NCBI GenBank assembly: GCA_044892525.1 | Contig: CM097886.1 | Location: forward strand, 122,388,001 to 122,452,000 | Direction: 5' to 3' | DNA from: Schmidtea polychroa | Taxonomy: Eukaryota | DNA length: 64,000 nt | Shown here: in pieces, positions 40,979 to 52,700 of the stretch | How the letters are laid out: every line of letters starts with the position of its first letter | How positions within the stretch are numbered: the first letter of the stretch is position 1 | Notes under the pieces: generated by a model | What the model was told of the DNA's origin: nothing | The model's input: the letters and a program-made list of their open reading frames with translations, nothing else | The model's database searches: none | Position numbers and translations under genes: made by a program

Positions 40979-43900
40979 TGTTGGGCCAAGCTTCGAGAGT
41001 ATTGCAAATCAGGTTAAGGATGAATAAAGGGGGTAAAATAAATTTCACGAAAAGCGCGAAAAATAAAAGAACAAATAAAATTAGATGAACATAACAGGAA
41101 TAAAGGGAATAAAAATAACTAATGAAAATAATAAAAAATGAAAAATAAGATGAAAAAGAAAATAACGCACCACACATAATAGCAGAAGGAAATAAAATAA
41201 TAAATTTAAGGAAAATAAACCAGAAATTAGGAAATAAAATAAAAATAAATCATTATCAACTAAATACATAAACTAATTAAAATCAAAAATTATACTACAA
41301 CCAAAAAACAATAAAGTCACAGGAAAAACACGAGGGAAATATTAAAAAATAGAAAAATAAATAAAATAATAAGAAAAAAATAAGAAAAGTTATTAAAATA
41401 CCCCATATTACATTAAAAAACATAAAAACAATAATAAATAATAATATTACACACCAGTCGTGTCCTGATTGGACGAAAAATAATATAAAAGAAATGAAAA
41501 ATATCTGTAGAGTACCATTTAACCAAACTGCTCTACAAGTAAAAATTTCTTTATTGAACTTACCATTTAACCAAACTGCTCTACAGATCTACGATTCATA
41601 CAGGAACCACTTATCAAACGTCATTGAACAGATTTACAGGGACTACATTTAGGAAAATTATTCAGATAGCGATCGGAATTTAGGCAGAATAACAGTACAC
41701 TTAACTTGGAGAAAAAATCTAGACCTTATTTTCAGTACTCTCGGAGAAAATTATAGTAAGTAAGATGAATGTGTTTGATTTATGATTGATTTACGTAACC
41801 ATGATTAAGTAACATATTTTATTTTTAATAAAAATTTATTGATTACAAAGATGTTCTCTCTCTATGGCTGGCGACGACGTTGTTTGGGAATCGGACATGA
41901 TGCGGAGACTCGGATGCCTTTTGCAAGGAAATGCTTGGGAGCGAACGAAAATAAACGAAGATGTTGAATCAAGTATTTGAAGGAAATTAATCTCACTGGG
42001 AATGAAATGGTAATATGCGATGAATATCACGATGTAGCATCATGTTCGAGATACAGACGGCGTGGTCGCCAGGTAACTAATTTCTCTAGCAATATTAATC
42101 CATTTTGTAAACTATATGATTTATTTTTTCGTTTGATAATCGTTCATGATATTGAGGTTTGGAGAGATAAAATCGTCCTTCCTGACGGTCCAAGAATGGT
42201 GGCAGAGATGTATGCCGTTCTTGGGTGAGTCAGGAAGGGTGAGGACATCTGGTAGACGATGACAATGGAATTGGGAGGAACCTTTTCGCCGGGTGAGATC
42301 ATTTACTCTCGAGGATTCTCTTCATAAAGGCATAATAGTCATTCATCTCGGTAGAAGGAGAAATACCATAGGAAGTGCTAGGAAAAACTACTTACGACCA
42401 AGCATGTCTGCGAATTCAATCGTTTTCCAATGAGTTTCGTCACTTTTCGACGCTGATGGACGAGCTATCACTAAAACCATTTGAATGATAGAAGACTAGG
42501 TTTGGCTTGAAAATATCCATGAGGATCGTCGTTGCTTTCTTAAGAGTAAAATCCTTTAGAGGTGCACACCGCTAAGACGTTAGCTGGTAGATCGATCACT
42601 CCAATTTTCCTTTTATCCGATTAGAGAGAAATCGGTAAACAAACGTCGAAAAACTGTCATCATCGTCAACTCGTTCGCCTAGTGTAAATACGCGCGACAG
42701 TCTTGAGAAAAACCTGGAATCGACCGATCGTTGGAAATTTATCCTACAATCTGATTCTCCTACAATCGAACGGTAGTTATTAGATAAGCCATTTTCTAAA
42801 AATACCCAGTTTTAGATTAACGGATAACAACTTCTTCATAAAGGCGTTCATCGCCGACTATCGGAGTAAATATGGCTAATAGGAGAACAATCACGGAGTT
42901 GGGGTTGAGTCGATCAACGTGGTGAATATCCAAAAATTAGAACATTGATATCATAATTCACATATAGAGTTTTGCTTTCATCCACATAAAATCCAACAAC
43001 AATATTACGTGCGACGGCAGATAATTTTGCTAATACACACCTGTACATCTACTAACTCCCAGACGAAGTGTAAAGTGATGACGTCATTTAGGACCACACT
43101 GAAACAATAGGTAGTAAACTGAGTAACGATGTTACGACAAGAATCGGATAGGGAAAATCTCTTACTAGCAGATTTTGTTTCCCACTACGATTGCATAGGG
43201 TCTAACTATAATAAATTCCAGCATGCACTTTCGAATCATAGCGAAGAACAGCGGTTTTCTATGACTACTCACACGGCGGTAAATTAAATTAGATTATTTC
43301 ACTATTAAATATTTAATATAACTAGAATTTTCCTTACGATTTAAAAAGTGCCCATCTAATTCAACACCAGACACGTCGAGCGATAATCATAAAATTTCTT
43401 GGGATTTAAATAACATACAATTTCCCGTAAGCTACATAGTTGAATAATCACCATATAACTAATGCAAGGATGATGTTAATGATGATAAATGATTTTTAAA
43501 TTTTTCGAAAAACATGCAGTTTGCCTGAATTAGGAGATAAATAAAAGAAGTATTTATCAAGTTTCCAATAGTCAGAATATTGCTAATACAGCGAATATAC
43601 GCTTGTTATGGGTCCCGCTCCTTTTCCCTAGCTTGTATGATTTGCGTTGAGTGAACAGGTTCGTGGTGGTAAATAATATTCCGTATGTTTACAATCCGTC
43701 GAAGCTTTTCTGAGGGTCGTCGAGCTATATGTCGAGGGTGTTACCATGATTTCACGAGAGATCCGTCAACGAATGCACAAATAATTTTCTGGTAAACTTA
43801 ATAGGAACCTTCTTTATCTTTAGATGACTGCACCGATCAAATCAGGAAAGGATTTGCGCCCATGCTTCTCGTGCTCGGACAAAAACGAAGATATTAGGAA

Positions 43901-45129
43901 GTTGCATCTCTACATCGGGGCCTTGAAGAAGCGCATAGACCTTTATGAAGGCACGTGGTTTTCCCCGCCACAAATGAAGGAGGAGCGAAACAAGATATTA
44001 AGACTGGAGCACTGCCGTGACAGTCTCCTCGAGGAAAGCAGGTGCCAGAGGCTCACGATAAAAGCCCAATCAGAGGCCTTGCATAAGATATACACGGACG
44101 TCGAAATTTCAAAGCGAGTTCGGGAATATCCGATCCAGGACGGAACAAACGTGTTTCCAATTCACCATCAAATGTCCGTAGCCCCATCGACAACCAACTG
44201 CAAAGGACATGGCTCCCAATTATCTCCTATTCTCGCTCCGTCTCTCTCAAGTGCCAGGCCCCCAACACAAGGCCCATCGGACCCCATTTTAGCTCCAGTA
44301 CTGCAGCCTCATTCGACTCAACCAGCGGTCAACCTCGCGTCATCGAATCGGAAACGCAAGTGGCCGACGCGCGCCGAGAAAAATCAAAAACGCAGGGATG
44401 CCATCGCTGCGCTGGAAGCTTCGTTATCAGTGGCCCAGTCCACCATCAAAGAGATCTCGAATTCTCACGTGATTCCGGCCAAAGAAATATTCCGAGTAAT
44501 TCCGGCCGATGGTATCAAATATCTCGCGGATCGCCGATTACCTGTGGATATCGACGAAGTATTCACCGACGGAGAAGTTTTCTGATCAGTCAAGCCAACG
44601 ACAATACCTATTTCTTGCTCTCGATAGACCTACCGACTAACCCTCTGGTGTAAAATAACTTATCTGTAGTTTGCTTGTTATTTTAGTAAACATTGGTGTA
44701 ACATGTTTTGTTTTTGGTAATAGATGTATGTAATGTAAACAATATAATTTCTTGGGATTAGATGATTTGTTTGCGAGAAGGATAAGTGAAATAAACGGAT
44801 TGGATGATAAACTGAAAATGTGTCATTGAATGAAGGTCGTCCCTTTGGACCAGGGTCGGACCAGGTATAAGTGTAGAAAGGGGTAAGTCCTTCTAAGGCA
44901 CCGTGGAATCCGAACTGAGAAGGGGTTAGGAGTAGTCCTAAGGCAGGGGCTCACCTGCTAACCTCTTCCGACCTGTGCGGGCAGCACCAACGTGGAACAT
45001 CACCACGGGCTCACACGCGGGAATATTAGCAAGATCATCTGGGGTATGGCGGGGAATGGCCTGAGAGGAACGAGGATGATTCGTATGTTTGGTAATGATG
45101 TTAATCTTTTTCCCCTGCATAACCCAACA
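40979..45129 (+). mobile_element. Solo LTR copy B' (duplicate of B)
   Basis: Same termini and ttag TSD (40975-40978 and 45130-45133). Confidence 0.92.
43824..44585 (+). CDS. LTR-encoded hypothetical protein (253 aa), duplicate
   Basis: Same translation as 8672-9433; preceded by the acceptor-like tctttag|ATG. Confidence 0.85.
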   Translation: MTAPIKSGKDLRPCFSCSDKNEDIRKLHLYIGALKKRIDLYEGTWFSPPQMKEERNKILRLEHCRDSLLEESRCQRLTIKAQSEALHKIYTDVEISKRVREYPIQDGTNVFPIHHQMSVAPSTTNCKGHGSQLSPILAPSLSSARPPTQGPSDPILAPVLQPHSTQPAVNLASSNRKRKWPTRAEKNQKRRDAIAALEASLSVAQSTIKEISNSHVIPAKEIFRVIPADGIKYLADRRLPVDIDEVFTDGEVF

Positions 45130-47623
45130 TTAGATACTGATGCAAGCTTTGATAGAAAAGGAGCGGTTTTATCACAGTTAGATTCTAATGGAAATGAAAG
45201 AGTGATTGCGTATGGATCGCGAGCAATGAGTACACAGGAATTAGGGTATTGCATCACTAGAAAGGAATTACTTGCAATTTATTATTTTACGTGCATTTGC
45301 GATTTAGACTTCGAACGGATCACAAGGCAATAACATTTATGCTTAAAACCAAAAAACGTATTACACCACAGTTTCAGACGTGGATTAACCATTCTAGTGG
45401 TCTGGATATGGATTTAGAATACAGGAGAGGCAAATTACACGTTAATGCTGATGTTTTATAATGGAGCGAATGTGACACATGCATACAGTACCAAACAATA
45501 CACGAAGAACCAAAGAAAAGAAGGTTGAAGACAAGAATTCTAGCGTTGATGCTAGGAGGTGATGGTTCCATGTGCTAAAAGGACTCTATAGAGATTGCTG
45601 ATATAAGAGAAAAAATACTGAAAGGAGAAAAAATCAAATTTGATATTAACAACAATGTGATAACAACGATCAAAAGGAAAATATGGATACCAAAGGAAAA
45701 GATAAGACAATTCGTAGAACACACTCATCAAACTTTATGCCACACAGGGGTGACGAAAGTACAAGATTATATTTCACAAACATTTGATTTTGAAAATAAA
45801 CGTGAACAAATTGAGATTGTAATCCACAGTTGTAAAGAATCCCAATGAAGAAAAACATTGACAATACAAACGAAAGAAACTATTTTAAAGCATAATAATT
45901 CGAATTTATCTGAGACGATTTTTATTGATTTTTGTGGACCTTTAAAGAACAATTCATGGAAAGAGATATATTGGCAATTATGGATCAATTAAGTAGATAT
46001 GTCATTAAATGCAGTATCAAGACAAGAGGAGAATACAACAGCAGCTATTTTGAAAAATAATTGGATTTTAAAATACGGAGCACCAAAGTTTATACACTGC
46101 GACAGAGGGAAAACATTTGAAGCAAAATTAATACACGACTTATTGAACATTTACCGAATCAAAATGGTATACTCAAACACTTATCATTATTAAGCTAATG
46201 GAATGATTAAAAGACAATTCAGAACCATAAGGGATGCAATTCAAATTTCATTAAAAGATAAAATGTATAAAAAGTTGGCAAATTTACTGCCAGAGGTGGA
46301 ATTTATGCTTAATTCGACGATTCAGAGATCAATAGGCTTTAGTCCTGCGGAAGTAGTATACGACAAGAAAATATACAAAGAATGGCAATCATGGTATAAT
46401 AAGGATTCAGATGTTAAAGAACACGTGAATATTATGAGTAAAAAAGAGAAACAATAACTGCACAATTGGAAAAGAATGAAAGAAAAGTATCATATAACAA
46501 TAAACTACGAACAAATCGAGAATTTAATGTTGGAGACGTTGTGTGGATAGAAGAGGATGTTATCTCAAAAGAGGATAATAGATATGATGGTCCTTGTGAA
46601 ATAATTGATAAACGGCACAATCGTAGCTATGTGGTATAAATGCCAACTGGGAAAATAAAAATTAGAAATATAGAATCACTAAAGGAATATAAAAACTGAA
46701 AAAGATTATTAAAAGAAGGGGTGTAAGATGTATTTATATAAACTATTCATATTTATAGTATTTATATTTTATTATTGGAATGTTGTTGTATGTTGAAATT
46801 GTTCGAAATATTATTTGGATTTGAATTAATTTGCCAGAAATTAATTAAGAAAATACATTGTTTAAATAATTTATAATTATTCACGACTTTGAATTTATAA
46901 ATGTCTAAAATTAAGACCAATCCTAACAAAGATGAAAAATAATGTGAAACTTGTGTAAAGGAAATGAAAATTTAGTTTCTATTCGAAGTGTTCTTTTTAA
47001 AATGAAGTGGAAAATTAAATAAATAATAACTCTAAAATTATTAATTCGCCAATACGTTTTCAAAAGTCTAGTGAATATAATAAAACTTACAAACATAAAT
47101 TATTTTTAATACTTATCGCCAGCTTACGATAAATTCGAATTAAAGAAAAACTATTTGAAGTATTAATTATTATAACAATCACAACCTTTTCTATTAATAC
47201 ATTTTAATCCTAAAACACAAAATTTGTAGTTCACAAAAATTGGAAAAACTAAAATTTTTTTGTTATATTAAATTTAAAGCAAAATATACTTCCCTGAAAA
47301 CAGACCCTGGAAATTGTTGTGATACTAAGAATAAAATTGTACTCTTAAAGAAAAAGAAATTACTCCACGATAACAATTCTTGACAAATAGCAATTCTTAA
47401 AAGAAAAATTAACACAAAATTTAGTATATAAACTGAGGGATTACTCAGTCAAATCACCCCTAAAATAAAAGCTTTCAAGGAGAATTGCCAATTCAGAAAT
47501 TGATATTGCAATCAAACTTAAAGCATACTTATTTACATATCCGAGCTCAGGAAGCTGCAAGTAATTGTTTTATTTTTTAAATTTGTAATTGTGATAAATA
47601 AATAAATTGGTTGAACCAGTGTT

Positions 47624-48938
47624 CATTGGCGTAACTAGGGCCCGACAAGCAATTATTTCCCCCAGGCGCAGAATTTCTGGGTGCCAAAATGACTTCATAA
47701 ATTTTATTTTACAAAAGTTTTAGTTAAAAAAAAATTTTTGTATATAAGTATTTAAATAACAAGGTTTAATTTTTTATAATGGAAATCTTATTTTGAATGT
47801 TGTTTAAAAAATTAATTATTTTAAAATTTTATAAAAACAATGCCAACGTAAATTAAGTAGAGCACAGTATCGCAAAAAAGCAAAAATCCTACAAAATGAA
47901 GCTAAAACGTCAAGCTGAGGATATTAATCAATCATGATACAAGAAGTGAAGGTCATAATTTATCACAAAATGTTTTGAATTTCAAATTTCTTGTTTTAAT
48001 TAATTTATGGTATCAAATTCTTGGGAAAATTGATCGTGTACAAAAACGCTTGCAAGATCCAAAAATGAATTTCAAAGATGCATAAGATGATTTACATGGA
48101 ATAAGTGCAAGAAATTCCCAGCTTCGATTGATTGTGAACATAAAATTTCCCTAAAAAAAGTGTTCTGATACAAAAAAAATGTCGTGTGACAAAGCAATTG
48201 AAAGAAAAAACCAACGATTCTGCATTAATCTCCGAGCAAGATATAAATCATGTCTAAAAATGTTCAATTGATTCAAGAACTTAAAACTCGTTTTACACGC
48301 CTCAATTCATTAAAGGACAAATTTGGTTATTTTTTGACATAGAAACTTTATAAAATTGCGCAGATTCAATTAAATTAAAAGAAAAATGTTTAAATTTGAG
48401 TAGATATTACTATTAGGATATTGATGGAAATGAGTTGTGTAATGAAATCTGTGACTGTAAATTGCTTTTAAATGCGCGTAAAGAATTAGTGCGGAATCAC
48501 CAATCGAACTTTTAAAATATTTAATTTCTTATGGTGAAGATGTTTTTCCAAATTTGAGAATTTGAGAACATGTGAAAGATCATTCATCAAATTAAAACTT
48601 ATTTTATCATATATTCGAGCATTTAAAGTACGTTTAAATGATTTGGCATTATTAAGCATTAAGAAAAATGTTGTTGATAGAATTAATTTTGATGATATCA
48701 TTGACAAATTTGCATCGGCCAAGGCAAGAAAAATTTGTTTATAAATTTATAAAATAAATATAGTTTAAAACGGACTTATTTGTAAAATTTTTTTCAATTT
48801 AATATAAATTGTAAAACAGAGTCATAAAATTTAGTTTGATTTTTTGATTATTTGCATGTAAAAAATATAAAAAATTGTAATTTATGAGTGAAAAATTTTA
48901 CTTTGCCCAGGGCGTTGAAGACACTAGTTACGTCACTG
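47624..48938 (+). mobile_element. Non-autonomous hAT DNA transposon (1,315 bp) with a transposase C-terminal remnant
   Basis: 15-bp TIRs cattggcgtaactag / ctagttacgtcactg; perfect 8-bp TSD ccagtgtt. CERSF.KLKLI...RL..LALLSI...INFDDIIDKFA..KARK (48562-48744) resembles the hAT dimerisation domain. Confidence 0.92.
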
Positions 48939-49229
48939 CCAGTGTTTGTGTTCTTATTTATAAAGGAACCATCAAGTTGAGATTTGAGAAACTCAACATT
49001 ACGAAAAAGTTGAATATAGTTAGGTAATTTATTAATTTTATGTATTTTGGCGCGAAAGAGCGTTAGTTGTAGCGGTGGCCGCCAGATACTGCTGACATAA
49101 TTTTGTGTATATTCAATTTTACTTAAGCCGCCATAAGAAATAATAGTTAAACCTGGAACCCGGAAATGACTCACTGAAACCTGGAGAAGTGGCAACCCCA
49201 CGCAGGGGTACCATTGTGATTACTAATAT

Positions 49230-50185
49230 TGTTAGGTAAATCTTCCTGTTGTCATGGATAATAGCATCATTGCGGCATTAATATTGGGAATAGTAATATT
49301 GAGTTATTTTTGTCATCATCAGTGGACACGGGTGGGCGCTCAAGCTACGGAAAATTAAGACCCTTTTCGCGTGTCCAATGCCATCATAGGCTTCGGTGGA
49401 GATTCACCCTGATGCTAAGATCATATCGACTTAATATTTTCTTATTTTTATTTAGTTCATAGATATTTTGATTTCGAAATCTAATACGCTTAAACTATGC
49501 TATTCGTGTGCGGACAAAAACGTGCATAACACCCCCGTTACCGTCGTCACTAAACCAAAACGACGAAATTTATCTAAAGCAGAGAAAAATGCCAAGAAAA
49601 GAGCCACTCAACCCCAAATACAACCAGCCTGTGAACCACCTCAACTTACAGTCGAGATGCCCGAAGAGACGCAACCTTTACTTCTGAATAATGAGCTCGA
49701 CGACCTCTAGGCGGATATCAAAAAGAATTGGTGGTGAAATCCGGCCACGTTCAGGTTTTTTGGCAAACTCGACATTGAATCAAATTTTTTTTGAGTCATT
49801 GTATTATGAAATTTATCAATCCATAATTTGATGCAGTTTTTGTGTACTCCTTTCTTTTTGATGACGTGATGTTATCGTTTCAGAGTATGCCGAAAGGACT
49901 AGGGTGGGAACAAAAAGCGCCCCAACCAACCGATACAGGGAAAGTAGCATATTTTTTTGGACAAGCAATAGTAATCTGCGAACGTAAGCCCTTCTAACGG
50001 CAGTCCAGAACCTGTACGAAACATAAAAGAGAATAGTCATAAGACAGTGGCTCACATGTCCATTATTGTTCATCGGCAGTGTGCAGGATCAACAACTAAT
50101 CGGAGTTTTCAAATCAGGCGCGTTCGAATACTAACCCTAACCCTAACCCCATGTCCCTTTCGTGACCTCGACCTAAACCCCAACA
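49230..50185 (+). mobile_element. Internally deleted solo LTR copy F (956 bp)
   Basis: tgttagg...cccaaca termini; TSD atat. ORF remnant CYSCADKN...KRRNLSKAEKN (49468-49710); structured motif at 49984-50086. Confidence 0.82.
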
Positions 50186-50479
50186 ATATGATACTTTTTT
50201 GTATGTTGCGAAAAATAATTATTTTTAATTTATGTTGAATTTTATACTTTAATTGCTTTACAGACAGTAATTTGTCGATTTTACTCTAATTTACAAAACT
50301 AAAAAACAAAGTGAAGGCACTTGAATTTAACAGGTAAAGTTTATTAAAATTATTGATCAAAACTAAAGCCGCAAATAAATTTCCAGAAAAATTCAGAAGG
50401 TCAATTAATAACTGATGCCACTAAAATATTACAAAATTCTGTTTTTATAACAAGAAAAATTTATTTTCGTTAAATTTGA

Positions 50480-51607
50480 TTAAATTGGCCTAGAAATCGG
50501 TTGGACGAGTACTTCATTGATAGCAACATGTTCTGGAGATGACACGACAAAAACAATCGTTTTCGCAACATCTTTCGATTCGAGAATGATAGAATCCAAT
50601 GTTAACGTGAAATATTCCTTAGCGGCCTAGTTGAATTAGGTAACAGGTAGTCAAAGTATTGGAAATTATTACTAATTCATTAGCTATTGATTTGTTTTGA
50701 AGTTCCGTTCTAACATCGCCCGGCTGTATCGATGTTATCCGGACATTAAATTCACTAAGCTCCTTTCGTAAAGCCTGTGAATACCCTTCAACAAAAAATT
50801 TCGTTCCAGAATAAACCGCTAATCCCGGGAAACCCAGTTTACCGGCATCAGAGGATATGTTAACCACATGCCCTGATTGACGTTGTTTCATTTTCCCAAC
50901 AATGTGACTAGTGCAATAAAGTAACCCCTAAAATGACAAAAAAATATTTAACATTTTATTCAAAAAGAATTTAAATTTGTCTTTCGAAAGCAGTACTTGG
51001 AATAGGTTTTTAAAGTTATGCTTATATCAAGGTACATAAATAAAGCATAAGTATTAAAAAATAAAAGACAAAAAATTAATTTCTTATTTTGGTGTTTACA
51101 AAGTCAAGTTTACACGATTTCTTAATGTAAACAATGTTACATTTCTAAAATTCTATCACTGACAGCATTGGTAGCAATAAAAGTTTGAAGAATGATGAAA
51201 GACAAGTTTACATTGAGCCGTTAAGGATTTATTAGCAAATTTCAAAAACTAATAGCTGTCAAATCAAATATTTAAATAGTATTTTGAAAAAATTAATTGT
51301 TTTCTTTAACAATTCTGACTTGAAAAAAAAGCATAAAATCAATTATTATATTAAAAATATATTAAAAAATATTAAAAATATATTAAAAATAAATTAATTC
51401 AGTGACAATTAATTTGAAATTTTATTAATTTATTGTTAACCTTTTGTCCAATACGACAAAGATTACCTTTATATTGACATCTATCATAGCATTACAATCT
51501 GATATGTTCAAATAGTATGCGTGCTGGTAGAACATCACTCCTGCACAATTGATTAATATATCGATTGGACCAAGAGTAGATTCAACATAATTAATAGCAC
51601 TGATTAC
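50480..51607 (-). CDS. Host short-chain dehydrogenase/reductase (YdfG/DHRS11-like), last three exons: 51467-51607, 50673-50927, 50480-50626; 5' exon(s) not found
   Basis: GT-AG introns, all phase 0 (one is 46 nt). GPIDILINCAGV, NISSDAG, YSGTK (YxxxK), IQPGDV.TE, DVA....HVAINEVLVQP*. Confidence 0.88.
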
Positions 51608-51710
51608 CTGTAAAAACAAGTATAAAGAAAAATAAAAAGGCATTTAATAGTCAGATTTATTAAAATCTATTCAATCAAGATTCCCTCGCAGGATATTGTA
51701 TGACCTAGAT

Positions 51711-52295
51711 CAGGGATTCCCAACCTTGGGTAGGCGTATCAATATCGGCAGGCGGACAAGCAACTACCGGTACGCGATTTACTTTACTATATATAAAACA
51801 AAAATCTATTAAAAATCTGTTTTTCGAAAAAAAACATGACTACAATAACCCACACATTAAATCGGATCTTCGCCTTAAACTGACAAACATTGAGCCCGAT
51901 ATTTCTTCTTTAATTAATAATAAACAGGCCCAACCTTCTCACTAACTATTTTTGAAGTCATAATTATATTTTANNNNNNNNNNNNNNNNNNNNNNNNNNN
52001 NNNNNNNNNNNNNNNNNNNNNNNNNNNNNNNNNNNNNNNNNNNNNNNNNNNNNNNNNNNNNNNNNNNNNNNNNNNNNNNNNNNNNNNNNNNNNNNNNNNN
52101 NNNNNNNNNNNNNNNNNNNNNNNNNNNNNNNNNNNNNNNNNNNNNNNNNNNNNNNNNNNNNNNNNNNNNNNNNNNNNNNNNNNNNNNNNNNNNNNNNNNN
52201 NNNTATACCCCATTAAAAAAATTATGTTTACCGGTACGCCATCAAATTGTTTACAAGATACAGGAACGGTACTATGAATAGGTTGGGAACCCTTG
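51711..52295 (+). mobile_element. hAT (Charlie-like) MITE/deletion derivative spanning an assembly gap
   Basis: TIRs cagggattcccaacct / aggttgggaacccttg; 8-bp TSD acctagat/aactagat (7 of 8 match). Transposase tail DLRLKLTNIEPDI..L...KQAQPSH*. Confidence 0.8.
51974..52203. other. Assembly gap (230 N)
   Basis: Run of N. Confidence 1.
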
Positions 52296-52439
52296 AACTA
52301 GATCGTAAATTGAACGAAAATTTAATATAATATAAACTATTGCCATTCTATATGAGAGTAAGGCCACATAGCAATAATTTACAAAAATTGGGAAATAAAG
52401 CTACAAAATAAAAATTAAACAAATACACTGAATTAAAAA

Positions 52440-52700
52440 TTATACTACTGTCATCGTCCTTATCATTATTATCCCTCCTTTTATGGTTACTCCAATGATT
52501 ACTATCGTCATTAATATTATTATTATGATTATTAGTATTATGGTGGCGATTATCCTTATTATTGGGATGGTTATATTATTATCGGGAATACTATTATTAT
52601 AGCCATTATTTTTATAATTGTTATAATTATGACAGTTAAAATTACTATTATCACAAATATTATTGTTAGGGTTATTGTCATTATGATTATTATTATTATT
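52440..52700. repeat. Degenerate (ATT/TAT)n low-complexity tract
   Basis: Imperfect trinucleotide periodicity. Confidence 0.7.

Larger units (their letters stand above)
38276..46928 (+). mobile_element. Duplicate of the decayed small Gypsy (with its PSMA6 fragment and solo LTR)
   Basis: Copy of 3125-11776 with the same aagat TSD. Confidence 0.92.
35152..47597 (+). repeat. Near-identical direct segmental duplication, copy 2
   Basis: Matches 1-12445; the ORF track repeats with offset 35151/35152. Confidence 0.97.

Noticed and set aside
1-47597. The 12.4-kb direct repeats as the giant element's two LTRs
   Set aside because: They lack TG...CA ends, contain an unrelated Gypsy and host flank, and cut an ORF. 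The real LTR is defined by TGTTGGG/CCCAACA and by TSD-flanked solo copies.
51971-52213. 80-aa ORF in the track
   Set aside because: Artefact of the N gap.
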